From Stegostoma tigrinum (Eukaryota), in assembly GCF_030684315.1 (NCBI RefSeq), contig NC_081375.1, positions 9,740,678-9,804,677 on the forward strand: 64,000 nt of DNA, given 5' to 3'. Below the pieces are notes generated by a model. It was not told the origin of the DNA, did no database searches, and was given only the letters and a program-made list of their open reading frames with translations. The position numbers were made by a program, and so were the translations under genes. Every line of letters begins with the position of its first letter. The stretch's first letter is position 1. Of the stretch, positions 1 to 14,552 are shown piece after piece.

Positions 1-709
1 AATTTAGATTTTAACAGGTTTGTTTTATATAGAAAAGATAACAGATTCACCCTGTCATTGCCATTTTGCTGGAAGGAGGATTGATGATATTATTCAGACA
101 ACTAAATTAAGACAGAAATGCTCGTTAATAGACTATTTCCAGAGCTGTACTGAGCACAAGCTCTCATTCCAAACAGGTGCCCCGAGGAGCTGGAGACGAG
201 TAGTGATCTTCCTCAAAACCAGCTGGTAAACTGACTGCATCAACAATGTTCAGTCATTAGGTAAAATTCCTCTGTTCCGTCCTAGCCCTTCTGATTAACT
301 TCAACCATCAAAGACACATGCCAATCATGGCAATAGCTCTCAAGAAGAAACTAAACTATGTGTCCCTCCTACAACAACCATGAAGCAAGTTTTATAATAT
401 CAGGAAAATAATATCAGGAAAATACGTCAAACAACATTAACCCAGCCTCAACAATGAGGCTTTAAAAATATTTTTTATTCACTGACCCCTAAAATGCTGT
501 GGCTAGCATGTGTGCAGGCTTTATTGCTTCATTCACATCTGTCACCGACAGGGACTATCCAAACAGCTTCCCCTCCCTCAGGACAGCTCTTGCAAACAAC
601 AGCCAAGATGGAAAATTTATTACACAGGCATGGACTCTCACGTAAGTAGAACAGGATAAAGTTCACTGCATCAAGTGTACATTTCTATCACCCAATTCCT
701 CAAGTAAGA

Positions 710-990
710 CCATAAGACATTGGACTGTAAGATGTAGGACCTGAATTAGGTCATTGTCCACTGGCCCTGCTCCACCATTTGATCATAGTTGAAATGTTTC
801 TCAAAGCTATTCTCCTGCATTCTCCCTGTAACCTTCAATCCTCTTACTAATCAAGAACTTAAGTGCCTTCGAGACACTCAACGATATGTTCTCCATAGCC
901 TTGTCCTAGTCTCTCTTACTCGTGGAAACATCGTCTCCATGTCCACTCTATCTCAGTATTCTGTTAGCTTCATTGTGATCTCCCTCACCC
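710..990 (-). mobile_element. Old CR1-like LINE 3' fragment
   Basis: Degenerate similarity to the CR1 3' ends elsewhere in the window (ccataagacat... tail; ggaaacatc.tctcc..gtccactcta). Boundaries approximate. Confidence 0.6.
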
Positions 991-1053
991 TAAATGAGAC
1001 AATTTCCTATGGCGTACAACAACAGAAACAAAACGAAAAGCAACTTCACTTTA

Positions 1054-1260
<207 letters not shown>

Positions 1261-2055
1261 TTAGGAGGGACAAGGTATGATTTTAGTCATTGCATCTTAA
1301 CATTAAAGAACAGAATTGCAACCTCTACATTTGAAGATATTCAAAGATTCATTCATCAGCCCAACTATGCTGAACAATATATAAAGTGAATTCCAAGACA
1401 TGACATCTACTTAACTAAAGCTAACTGATAATTTTGAGTCAAACCAGTTTGGGATTAAATATAAATAAAGTTCAACCACAGAGTTGCACTACTATTATCG
1501 ATTAACTCTATGGTAAAGTACATCTGAAAACTGAAATACCAGGATCTTCCACAATTCATAAAGTTAGCATGCCCAAGAAAAGGATGGCTTTATAATCAAC
1601 CATTCTCATCAAGTATTACCACAACTTAGCAAAGGCTCAATGGAAACATATTTTTGGATATGAAATGCTACAAATTTGATTCAACGAATTTAGACATGAT
1701 TTGATTTTTCTGTCTCTGTCACCCCAAGATAAATCACTCCACATTGAACTGAACAAATAGGGAACCAAAACCGAAAGGTTTGGACTTAAACAGCAACCAT
1801 AAATTAGTTCCATTAAATAGCACAAGTTATGATGATATAAAACACTTGCATTAAGCAACAAAAACTAGAATCAAAATAATTTTAAGATCTCACTCAAGTG
1901 AACTATTTATACAAGAAGCAGTTTAACAAATGCACACAATGGCTAGAGATGCAAACATGCTGGAAGAGTTTCTGGAAGGTGTACAAAAATGGGACCTTAA
2001 GTAATCCCCATTAGGAGCTACGCCAATTATACAGTCTGAACTGCTAAGATTAATT

Positions 2056-2410
2056 GCATCATGGTGGCTCAGCGGTTAGCACTGCTGCTTCACAGCACCA
2101 GGGACCTGGGTTTGACTCCACCTTTGGGCAATTGTCTCTATAGAGTTTGCACACTCTCCCCATGTCTTTGTGGGTTTCTTCAAGGTGCTCCAGTTTTCTC
2201 TCTTAGTTCAAAAATGTATAGTATAGGTGGCCTGGCCATGCTAAATTGCCCAGTGTTATGTGTAACTAGGTTGGTTAGCCATGAGAAATGCAGGATTATA
2301 GGGCTGAGGTGGCTCTGAGTGGGATGATCTTCAAAGGGTCAGTGTGGACTTGATGGGTCAAATGGCCTGCTTCCACAGTGTAGGGAATATATTCCATTCC
2401 ATTCCATTCT
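2056..2410 (+). mobile_element. HE1-like tRNA-derived SINE
   Basis: Pol III A box TGGCTCAGCGG, B box GGTTTGACTCC, body gagtttgcacactctccc, LINE-like 3' end and (ttcca)n tail. Sibling copies at 23.4, 34.4 and 54.2 kb. Confidence 0.85.
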
Positions 2411-3122
2411 GTTCATTACCAGGAATAGGACTGGAGACTTTCTTGTTTCTAGGCCTATCAAAGTGACTCTGTTCACGCTTATTTGATTTTCAGATATTTT
2501 TAATGAAATTTCACAAGTATTCACAGAAGGTACAGAAAAAGATAGAGTATTTTCCTGCTATAGTTCATAAAGAAACTGGGAAACGTGTTTAATGGCTGAA
2601 ATAAATCAAAGGCAGAGGGGAAAAAGCAATGTTCGCAAGTAACTGGCCCTGTTTGACAGCTGATATATCCGTATGGTTTTGAGCAGGTCACTGCCTTACA
2701 GTCTGTGTCCTTACCTGGAAGGTGACTTGTGCCAAGCACAACTCCACAGACTGACATTTTTCTGTTAATTTATTGATGAATTGGTTGAGACAATTTCATC
2801 AATCCTCTTTCCAGCAAAGTGAAAACTTGGATGGATTGTTAAAGGAACTTTAGCACATGCTCTAGGGTCAAACTGAACCACAGCATGGAGGAAACAAGAT
2901 CATTTCAAAAGAATGGCAAAGTCAGTATGATCCAGTATGCCCAATCCAATTGACGGTAAAAAATCTAAGACTATTCTTTCAAGGGGAGCATGTTTTGTGC
3001 ACTGGCCAGCATTTCTGTCTGCATACCACCTAATCAAACATAGTGACCATTCATGCCATTGAGGATCATTGCTGAAACACAATCACTACAATTGTATGAA
3101 ATATTCAGACTGCTAAGTATTT

Positions 3123-4342
3123 ACATAGAACATAGAACATTACAGCACAGTACAGGCCCTTCGGCCCTCGATGTTGTGCCGACCTGTCGTACCGATCTCA
3201 AGCCCATCTAACCTACACTATTCCATGTACGTCCATATGCTTATCCAATGACGACCTAAACGTACCTGAAGTTGGCGAATCTACAACCGTTGCAGGGAAA
3301 GCGTTCCATTCCCTTACTACTCTCTGAGTAAAGAAACTACCTCTGACATCTGTCCTATATCTTTCACCCCTCAATTTAAAGCTATGCCCCCTTGTGCTCG
3401 CCGTCACCATCCTAGGAAAAAGGCTCTCCCTATCCACGCTATCTAACCCTCTGGTTATTTTATATGTCTCAATTAAATCACTTCTCAACCTTCTTCTCTC
3501 TAATGAAAACAGCCTCAAGTCCCTCAGCCTTTCCTCATAAGACCTTCCCTCCATACCAGGCAACATCCTAGTAAATCTCCTCTGCACCCTTTCCAAAGCT
3601 TCCACATCCTTCTTATAATGCCGTGACCAGAACTGTACACAATACTCCAAGTGCAGCCGCACCAGAGTTTTGTACAGCTTCACCATAACCTCTTGGTTCC
3701 GGAACTCGATCCCTCTATTAATAAAAGCTAAAACATTCTCTGCCTTCTTAACAGCCCTGTCAACCTGGGTGGCAACTTTCAATGATCTGTGTACATGGAG
3801 ACAGAGATCTCTCTGCTCATCTACACTACTAAGAATCTTACCATTAGCCCTGTACTTTGCCTTCTGGTTACTCCTACCAAAGTGCATCACCTCACACTTG
3901 TCCGCATTAAACTCCATTTGCCACCTCTCAGCCCAGCTCTGCAGCTTATCTATGTCTCTCTGCAACCTACAGCATCCTTCGTCACTATCCACAACTCCAC
4001 TGACCTTAGTGTCGTCTGCAAATTTACTAACCCATCGTTCTACGCCCTCATCCAGGTCATTTATAAAAACGACAAACAGCAGTGGACCCAACACCGACCC
4101 TTGCGATACACCACAAGTAACTGGTCTCCAGGATGAACATTTCCCATCAACTACCACCCTCTGTCTTCTTTCAGCAAGCCAATTTCTGATCCAAACTGCT
4201 ATATCTCCCACAATTCCATTCCTCTGCATTTTGTACAATAGCCTACTGTGGGGAACCTTATCGAACGCCTTGCTGAAATCCATATACACCACATCAACCG
4301 GTTTACTCTCATCTACCTGTTTGGTCACTTTCTCAAAGAACT
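3123..4342 (-). mobile_element. Young 5'-truncated CR1/HER1-like LINE (RT domain to 3' end)
   Basis: Open 371-aa ORF with DFSKAFDKVPH, QGSVLGPLLF and KFADD motifs; (tgttcta)n 3' tail. Confidence 0.95.
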
Positions 4343-5147
4343 GATATGAAATAACGAAGTATTTTCTTTATTTTTCTCCATGTAATGCCAGGGGATGTCT
4401 CTGCACCCACATTAAAAGAAAACCAGAAATTTTTTTATGTGTAATTGCATCACTAAACATTTGAACTTCAAGGCATCTCTATACTATATTTTCAATAAGC
4501 GAAAACTATTTTTATTATATTAAGTACTTCACATTGTTCCTCAGCACAATCTAAAGTTTGAAGTACCATAACTTATTAAACAGCAAGATCAATATGTCGC
4601 AATAGAAAATCTCCAACATTTTCACACAGAAATCCAACAGCTGATATCATTTAGTTAAACATGGTGTAGGCATCAGTTTTGAAATGACTGTATTAATGCC
4701 CCCCTCTGCTGTCAAGTTACTAATTCCAGCCTTGGAACTAACAATGACTGCAATACAGGCAGAACACCGTATAACCTTTTCTCTCAATTGATCAAATGGC
4801 GATGACACAAATATCATGATGAGGCCAACTAATCAGTCCTAGCTTCAGCTATTCTAAACTAGGTTGCTAAGCCTCATCAATTATTATTTCAGTGGCTTAA
4901 CTCCATTTTTTTTAAAAAAGTGCAGGGAGCAAATATTGAACTTGGTATGAAGTGATTATATTCAGACAATATGAGTGAGTCTTCCACCTGACCATAGGTA
5001 TTTACATTCATCGTAGGAGTTCAGCTTTATGGAGAGATAAAACAATCAGTAAAGCAAAACATCAATGCCTACATTTTTGTTATTGACATGAGTTTTTGTT
5101 GCTGTGTTCAGAATATACTTGAATTTAAGGTAAAACCCTTCCAAACA

Positions 5148-5460
5148 TGAGCGATGAGGGGCATGGATAAAGTGAATGACAAGGGTCTTTTTGCTTGGGC
5201 AGATGAGCTCAAAACTAGGGGACATATTTTTAAGGTGAAAGGAGAAAGGCTTAAAAAAGACATGAGGTGCAACTTTTTTTACAGAGTGGTTCGTATGGAA
5301 GTGGTACATCTAGATACAGTTACAATGTTTAAAGATATTTGGACAAGTGTGCGAATATGAAAAATTTGGAGGGATATGGGCCAAATGCAAGCAAGTGGGA
5401 CTAGTTTAGTTCAAAAATATGGGTGGTGTGGATTGGCTGTGCTGAAGGGTCTTTTTAAGC
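5148..5460 (+). mobile_element. CR1-like LINE 3' fragment
   Basis: Translation MRGMDKVN..LF...ELKTRGHIFKVKGER, followed by the 3' UTR gggatatgggccaaatgc. Confidence 0.8.
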
Positions 5461-6491
5461 CAGCTGCACCATTTATTAAGATCATGAATAATCTGATTGT
5501 GGCTTAAATCCCACTCCCACCTGCTCCTCAAAAGCCTGGGTTCCCGTGTCAATCAAAAATCGGTCCAACTGTGCATATTCAATAATTCAGCCTCCATTGT
5601 TCACTAGGAAAAATAAATTCCAAACATCGAATTTTAAATGGAAGATCCCATTTTTTGAAACTATGCCGAGTTTTAGACTCTCATCTTTGATCATACGAAG
5701 ATGAACGTAACAGAGATCATGGAGCTCACTCAAACAGAGGTAATTCCTAAAATCAGTGTGTAACTGAGCACAAAACATAATCCTGACTGAGGTGATCCCA
5801 CCCAGTTTACAACTGCTACAAATCAACTCAGTGACCTCATGTTAGATGCCGATCCAAAGTGAATACAATCATGCTAAACGACGATTACCTTCATCATTTC
5901 AGTTTGTTAAAATAGGGAGGAGAGGCTGAGAGGCTGTGAATGCGAAAATACAACTTTTGAACCTCAGCAATATTTTATAAGCAGCCAGTCTGTGCACAGC
6001 GAAGCCCCACAAATATGAGTCAATGTTCTTACAGTCATGATTGGGAGTTTGAAAAAAAATCAAAGTGATTTCATGAACCTGGAGAATCATGACAGCAATG
6101 AATTCATATCTTTGCAGGATATGGGGAGAAAACAGAGATTAAAAAGATTATTGGATCAATGTTGAACTTCAAGAGGAAGCATCATTGAATAGAAATTAAG
6201 TCAATAAGTTTCACTTCAAAACCAAGGAAAGTTTCAAGAATTTTATACCACAGGCCAAAACTTCACTGTATGAATGTACAATTTGTTCCACATAAGTCTC
6301 CTTTAATCAATTCAGGGTGGAAATTCATTTGATGGATAACTTCATTAATTCAAAGCACTCTTACAGACATGTACATGGTAGTTACTGATAACACAATATT
6401 TAAGTGCACCATTGTAACAAAACCTTAAAATCAGCAGGGTCTGTGGAAACAATAGACAATGGGCAGATACAACCAGCAGAGATATTTGTTA

Positions 6492-6656
<165 letters not shown>

Positions 6657-8054
6657 TTAAATGTGGTTAAATTTCATTAAGCAGAACCTCTTAAATACTA
6701 GTGGGTCCTCATTATTTGTTGATTTAGCACATAAATTACAAATAACAAAACCAAAAAATACTGTGCTGAATAAGTTTATTTTGAATCAAGTTTAACTTTC
6801 CATCTAACACCTTACTGATTCTGTTTAAAAAATATAGAAAATAATCAGAAGTTCAAGAAGATATTTATTACCTTTCTCAGGAGAAAGGAATTAATTTACA
6901 ACACAACCAATCCTACATTATAACTGTAATGCAAAATAAAAATCCATCCTTGCCAACTCAAAGCCAATACCCAACAATGCAATTCCTAACACATTAACTT
7001 ACAAGTGTTAAGTCAAGTTTAGCCAAACGTTGCTTTTACGTAGTAAATTTGAAAACGCATAACCTAAAAATCCAAACATTTAAATTGTTCGCTTCCCAAT
7101 GAAAACATATTCTTCTGCAAATCACATTCCTAGGGTCTAGCCAAAATACAATTACCATTGTTTCTGCAAACATGGCTTAACTTCTGCATTATGCATAAAC
7201 ATAGTTGGAGACAAAGTGATACCTCTCAGTTGTCAGATGATTAATTAAACTGAACAGTCTGTAATTACCCACTATATGGTCAATGTCACAAGGTAATTGA
7301 AAGTGATGGAATGGATGCAAACAACAGACAAATTAGATGTGGTGACTGTAACTGTGGTTGAAGAGATAAGTTTTGATGAGGTTTAAGAGATTATTGAGAT
7401 GATAAATCATGAGCAGATACAGCAATGTCAACAATTTAGCTCAATCCTCGCACTTCGTGCAGAATAGGCAACGGGATTGAAAAGTTACTTCTAAACTACA
7501 GGTATCTCAATTTCATTTCGTGAATTTCTTTCTAGAAAAATAATATCAGAATGAAGTTTTACTATTAATTACTGCTGCAAAAACTGCAACTACATTGGAA
7601 CTATATGTTTAGGTTGGACTGTGATGAAAGGTTTATTGCAAAGTGAATATTTTGGTAATGACTAAATATTAAATCGATGTGGTGAAATGCTTTTCGTGCT
7701 CTACTTGTATTGTGCCCTACTCCTTCGAAAAACAGACAATTGGACAGTCTCACTTATTATCGGCTTTTTTAGATCAGTCACTATTCCTGTTTTAGAACCA
7801 GCAAAATATCTGTCCAAGTTGAAGAGCATTTGTCAGTCAGCAATCAACTTTGTTAAAAATTGAATGATATCACTGGGAGGAAGATATATTAACAAAGAAG
7901 ATGCAAACATAAGGACAACTGGGCAAATTAATTCAGTTGTCTCAATCAGGTATGGAAGCTCCAAGTATCTTACTGAGAGCAAATCCTTCCAAAATCACCA
8001 GAACTAACTCAATTGAGTCATACACCGAAGAAATGTGGTAAACTCAAGTACCTA

Positions 8055-8228
<174 letters not shown>

Positions 8229-11200
8229 CTATTTTTAAATTTGTACTTTGCTGAGCAAAAAGTTATAAGGCAACTTTATTTCTGATGTTTTGCTTTCATA
8301 AACTTTCATCTCATATCATTGTTACACTGGTTAAAACAGGAAGAAGTTATTGCGCCTGGAAATTTAAACCAGATTACAGGTTAATACAAAGCAAGGAAAT
8401 GGACAATAGAGCTCACAAGACATGATCAGAAGGAAATGGAATTCTCCAGCCCTTGGTCATTGTGATCATTGACTGGGAAACAATTGGCTACTTTTGAAGA
8501 AAAGGGAGTGAAGAACTAACTGCAAACAGTGCTGTAATAACATTTACAAAAATAAACTTAGTCAGAACTGATGCGTAAAACTATTTCAATTTCCGCTTCT
8601 ACTTCTGAGGCAGTGTTACTGTTAAACAAAATAACTTCAAACAATAAGAATTCAGAAAAATATATATTACGCTGATTCAAACAAATTAACAATGAGCATC
8701 AAAATGAACATTCACTTTTGAAACTGATGCTACACTTTTAATTCACATAAATTAAAAATATTTGTCACTGAACATTCCAGACTATTCTGCACTTTATTAA
8801 ACAATTGATGAAAAAGAGGCTTGAGTAGTCATTTTTCTATTGATATTGACTTTAGAAAAGTTTGACTGTAAAAATAACATTAGAAAATGGTGACTAGAGC
8901 CTGCCATCTTGAATGATCAAACATGAAGAAATTCACAGAACACTAAATGCCATGCAAACTGGCTAGTGATTTTAATTATAGTGAGGGAAATCTTTTTTCA
9001 AAAAGCTGTCTCAGTCATGATGGTAACAGCTGTAACTTTATGATAGCCTGGATATCTTGACCAGGGAAAATTCATCATGTATTCATCTGCCACTATAAAC
9101 TCCAGTCAGCCAACTGACAGGCCATGCGAGATAAGTGGATGATCACAAGCATCTCCAAGGCTACTATCATTCTTCTGTCAAGTAGTAGCAATTAAGAAAA
9201 AGGGAAAACGAATTGCACATATTCCCACCAATTGTGCCACTATTTTGCAACTTTTGCGGATGGAGAAAATATGAACTCATTAGAAGCTCAAGTACAAATG
9301 ATCGAGATCCAATGAGAAGCCAGGTGATCCGTATTACATCAGCCAAAATGCTTTGGAACACACAATGTATAAATTACATCCAGTGATTATAGTTCTATAA
9401 GTTAATGTTGAAAAATACAAAACAACAAAGTTGAAGAAAAATGCAAACATTATGATTTTGGGGATCAGAAGTGAGAAAATTCTTTCAGTTGTTCAAGGTC
9501 AAAAACAGAAATTTCATGAAGGGACAGAAAGTACAGATGAAAGCTTCAAACATTTTAGAAGTGCAATCATAAATTGTTGATGGTTTTTCACAATGCTTTC
9601 TGCTCTACTTATTGGTGAAGTCTTTTATGATGCTACAATGGCAAATACATGACTGCAAATAAATTTTTCACCAGTTCAGTTCCTTAAAAATTTCCATCAA
9701 ACCTGCCATTTACAAATAAGAAATTGTGACAGTAACCACTAATTCATGACTGATATGTGCAATAAATACAGGCAATGCAAGTCCATAACTACATTTACCA
9801 ACTTGTTCATGTTCCATCACAGAATCCACTGCTCACTATAAAATCATTGCCTTTTGTTGCTGCTTAATTTGTGTGCAACAGTTCTGTAGCTAGTGCACTT
9901 ACAAAGAAAGCCCAGCGATACACAAAACTGATACATAAAAAGTTGCACAATGCTGTTATATCACTATCATATACACCGAAGGAAGCCTTGCAACTATTAA
10001 ATAAATGTAAACAACGGTGGGAAAAAAAATCAAGGCAACAATAGTAACAAAGGCTCTTCCGTCCACTTGGCCCCATTCTTTCCAATAATCAACTTTCTTT
10101 TCCATCCTTACCCCAATCATGCTTAGTTTATGTGCCTGATCAGAAAACTGGAGAAATAAATAAAAAGCCAGATTACTGAGTTACAGGACAACACTGGCAA
10201 AAGCAGAGTGCTTCCCTCTTTTTCTTCATAATTGGCGGAAGAGTTGGGAATATATCTGGGTGGATGAGGAGGATGCCTGAAAAGCGAAAACACAGCTGCG
10301 TAATAGCAGATGCCTAACTGACCCTACCTTCCAAAACCCCTCCACTCAGAAAAACACTCAAAGTCCCCTGTCCTACATCAGGTTTGTAAGCCAAAAAACC
10401 CGGTTAATCTGACAGATGGCCCGGAAGTTGGCAAAAATTCCACTCATCAGTTTTACAAAGGTGACTTTCTTGGACATAAATGACATACACATTTGAGAAT
10501 ATCCCAAGTAAGTCTTTGTTAAGAAACTCCTGGCAAACTTGCATTTCTGGAAAAAAATTCAAATGCATTCAATTTTCCACAGTTGCCAACTCCAACCTTC
10601 ACATAATGATCTTGTGGCATCTGTTCAAAACATGTAGATGAAGTCCATTTGAAAGCACTTTCTATCTATTAAACTTTCATTTAAAGGGCATTGATGCATA
10701 ATTACCACTGGAATATTGAGTGCTATCCGGCAACAGGAACCAGTTTTTCAGCGTTTTTCCTTCTTTTATGAACAGTTACTGTCATGTTACATAAAAAGGC
10801 CGATTGCAGAGCCAAGCTGTCTGGACACGCTATTACCCTGGCAATGTTAGGTAGAATCAGGTCATCAAAATTTTAAGAAAGCCAAATTGTTAATTTAACA
10901 AGAAAATTAAACAGATGGTGATTCAGCCAAGATCCGGACACCGTGCAAGTGAACTTAATGAGTCCAACTGTTGCTTCTTAAAAAGAAAGATTGTGGGATT
11001 GTGGTGGAATGGAGCAAAGAAATTCAGTATCAGCATTAAAATTATATCAAACGAATAAGCCATCCAGAGCATATTAGACCTGGATGTGAGCTAAATTTCT
11101 GGTTTTTAAAAGAACACTTTACTCCAAATGAAAGACAACCCACTACAGTCTTTGCTATGATATTCATTATTTTTATTTAAAAGAGCTACAAAATCAGGAT

Positions 11201-11411
11201 GAACCTAAACAGCATCTTGCAAAACCTCAGTGAATTTAATTACAAGAAGAGGATAAATGAATAGAGCCTTGTGGCATTTTCTGTTGCCACAGAAATATAA
11301 GGAACACAAAACCCAAGAGGTTTGCAATTATGAGAAATAAAAAGCAATTTCATTATTCATATCCTGATATAGTTGCTAATGAAGTTTAAACTTGGTCCAT
11401 AGATGGCTCAC

Positions 11412-11530
11412 CTGCATGTGATCCCCAGCCAAGACAATCCTTGTGTGTCTACTAGCTAGTGCCAGAGGCATGATGGTCTCACACTCCATCGCTTGAGCAG
11501 CTTCATCCAACAGAATATGAGTGAATAAAC
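11412..11530 (-). CDS. HELZ: HELZ coding exon (119 nt) with Walker B (DEAAQ) and motif III (LAGDHMQ)
   Basis: ORF 11376..11570: [40 protein letters not shown]. Acceptor cagcag|GT, donor CAG|gtgagc; phase 1/0. Confidence 0.96.
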
Positions 11531-12999
11531 CTGCTGATAAACAAATATTGTGCCAAGCGTTACTGAACATTATCCTAAAATATGGAATTAAACATATTAC
11601 TAATTGTAAATTTCAACTTAAAACAGAACGTCATTCACTTCACTTTTAATACACAGACACAGATAACAACTGACAGTGCTTCTAATTTCATCATCTAAGG
11701 TCAAGTGGACAATCTGCTTCTAAGCTCCATCAATCTTACTCTCACACTGTGTACTGAGAAAGTCCTCAAGCAGTGCCCTTGAAGAATCTTGGGCAACTAT
11801 TAAGCTTGTACCCACCATTGCAAACCTGAAATCAGAAATGATTCCTCTGAAAGCAGAAATCCACAACCTACCACTCTTTTCAATAGCATGTTAACGCCTC
11901 AATTCCATTTAGAATCTCAAACTTATTTTCCTCACTGGTTACATTTCAAGACACTCAAACATTCCATCCTCCCCAAAAGACATGAAAAAAGCTTCCTATT
12001 TATGTCATAGATTGTGATAAAACATGGATAAATTAGTTTGCTTTTTGCAAACATTTCTAAACAGGTAGCTACTGAAGCCCTTTCAACATAATAGATGCCA
12101 TTGCAAACAAATGCAAAAAATACAGTGTGTGTAACAGCTTGGGTTTCACGGTCTTAAACAGCCCATTTCATGCAACTGTTGAGAAATAGATCAAACAAAA
12201 TCACAGAATGACTACACACGTAGAGGTCAATCAGCCCATTATTTCTGCGTGAATTCTCAACAAGGATTGTCACTCGTCTGACTTTTTCCACAGTATTGTG
12301 CATTTGCATTCTTCAGATGATTATCCAATGCCCATTTTGAAAGCCACAGCTTAATCTGCATTCACCACACATAGGCAGTGAACTTCCAAGACTAATGGGT
12401 TGTTGTTTAACACTGAGCAAGATAAACAATTGTGCATCAAGGTTTCAGTTAGAAATTACTGGGTTTTTATTTTTTAAAAAGTGTTTTGGTGGTGGGGGGG
12501 AACCCAGTGGTTTTAAATAAGTTTTTTTTAAATTTAAGTTTGGGACAGTTCTGCAGAAGCCTTGAATGAATATAAAGCAGTACTCCTGAGAAAGGGAGAG
12601 GATACTTAAAATACATTACCTGAGAGCAAGGAGTTTGGCAACAGTTCCAGACCCAGAAAGCTTGGATAAATCCTTGATGAGGTCATTCAAACCTGAGAAC
12701 ATTTAAGATTGGGGATATGAAAATTCCAGGAAGCAGCTATTGGATTTTCCAAATTGGGAGTGGAAGTGACAGTGAAATGAGGTGTTAGAGAAAGCAGTTT
12801 TCAGTTGGCATGAATACTCAATATAGGTGCTTTTGGGTATCCCAGAGGTGTTCGGTGTATCTCTAAAGGAGCATTTTTGATATTAATGGAATTTATTTCA
12901 ACACAAAGGGTCTTACACGTAAGACAGATGAATTCAGAGCATGTATAGGAACTTTGGGCTGGGTCATCATAGCAATTACAGAAGCAATCAAATCTCAAT

Positions 13000-13685
13000 A
13001 ATGAATGTTCAGTTCCACATGTCATCCTCCAAAAATGAAACAACTAATTCCTACACACACTAAGATTTGCAGCATTCAGGGCTGAGGCGACAATTGCTAG
13101 ACAACGATCATCTCTAACAAAGTAAATAATCTAATGCTCTTCCTTCACACTTAACTGCATTACCACCACAATCAATGAATCTCCCACCATCAAAATTTAG
13201 AAACTGGCACTGGCAAATTTATCGTATCAAGCCAAATAAATAGTATGGTCACAAAGATCCCAAATTCCCAAACCTACCAACCATCTACAATGCATAAGGA
13301 GTCAGCATATGAAATAATTTTGCCTGGGTGAATGGAGCTCCAAAGAAACACTCAAGAAGCTGAACACCATCTTTTAAAACAACTCAATGGTTGACAGCCC
13401 ACGCAGTTGCTATGAACAATAGCTGCAGAGTATTCCATCTAAAAGTTGCACCACGTAACACACCAAGGGTTTCTGGCAGTACCTTCCAAATCTGCAACCT
13501 GCACTACCTAGAAATCAAAGGCAACACGCAAATGGGAACATCACTTAAGTTTGCCAAATCCTACACCATCTTGATTTGGAAATGTATCATCATTCCTTCA
13601 CAGTCACTGGGTCAAATTCTGGAACTCCCTTTCAAACAGAACTACACCACATGAACTGCAACAGTTCAAAGTTGCAAGTCACCAG
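13000..13685 (+). mobile_element. Degenerate LINE 3' region (L2-like, clade uncertain)
   Basis: Shares the 'gggaacaccacc..ctgcaagtt...ctgggtcaaa.tcctggaactccct' 3' segment with the copies at 16.8 kb and 19.5 kb. Confidence 0.6.
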
Positions 13686-14552
13686 TATAATGGAAAGAGG
13701 GCCTTGTCGGAAATTCTCACATTGCATGACAGAATCAAAATGCAAGGCACCAGTCCAACTGAACCACAACAGGTCTGAATTATAATCTACTCTGCCATTT
13801 ACACAAACGTAGCAGCAATGAATGAGCAGCATGCAGATGTGCCATTACAAATAGATGCCTGAGATGTCTCAAAGTGCGCACTTATGTATTGACCTGAAAA
13901 CAATCAAAAGCTGAAGTAATGTAATTTTTCTTTTGTCATCCATATATTGCACTGTTAGGGTTCAATAAAAGTAGATAAAATGCCGGATGATTACTGCAAA
14001 AAGCAGGAAGTGCCCAAAATGATGGTTTTAAATTGCACTAGTTGTAAAGGTACACTGTAATGGTGATTAATGTTTGATGGGAACCAAACTGACTCTACAA
14101 CTGCTATTTTTTTTGAACCAACAGAAAAGAATGAAATCTCCCACAACTCTTCTAAAAGACAGAAATTGTTTGGAATAGCAGCTCAGCAAGCAGCACTCTG
14201 GGTGCCTGTTTAGAGCTCTTCCAGTTGGAACTCCAAGGGATCAGAATGCCTTTTCACCTGCACTGTGCTCTGAAGGCTCCCTGTGGAGATTAATAGAAGC
14301 AATATACAACTACTCTTAAAAATAAGGTACATCTACAAATTATTTGCATTTTGGGACAGGAAAATAAATCTACACATTTAAAGTTCCAAAACACTACATA
14401 TTGTTATCGCTTATTCAACAAAAATCGGTGGTCTATTGCAAACAATACAGCACATTCCCTGGGCACTGATTATGTGTTAAGAACAGTTTATCACTTTGTC
14501 ACATCCTTAACTTTTTTCCTGAATCACAACATGAGAGAACAAGGTAACGAAA

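Noticed and set aside
2056-2130. tRNA-like sequence with A and B boxes (also at 23.7 and 34.4 kb)
   Set aside because: SINE heads that continue into SINE bodies; no complete cloverleaf.
3670-4344. 224-aa plus-strand ORF (and the 212-aa ORF at 24129-24767)
   Set aside because: Antisense shadow of the CR1 RT frame; no independent protein features.
13684-13893. Possible cryptic or poison exon on the minus strand (ttgttttcag| acceptor near 13893)
   Set aside because: Splice-like motifs are common by chance, HELZ exons already join in frame without it, and there is no transcript evidence.
14098-14183. Imperfect inverted repeat (ctgctatt...aatagcag), possible pre-miRNA
   Set aside because: Only ~8 bp of stem with a long unpaired interior; not a convincing hairpin.
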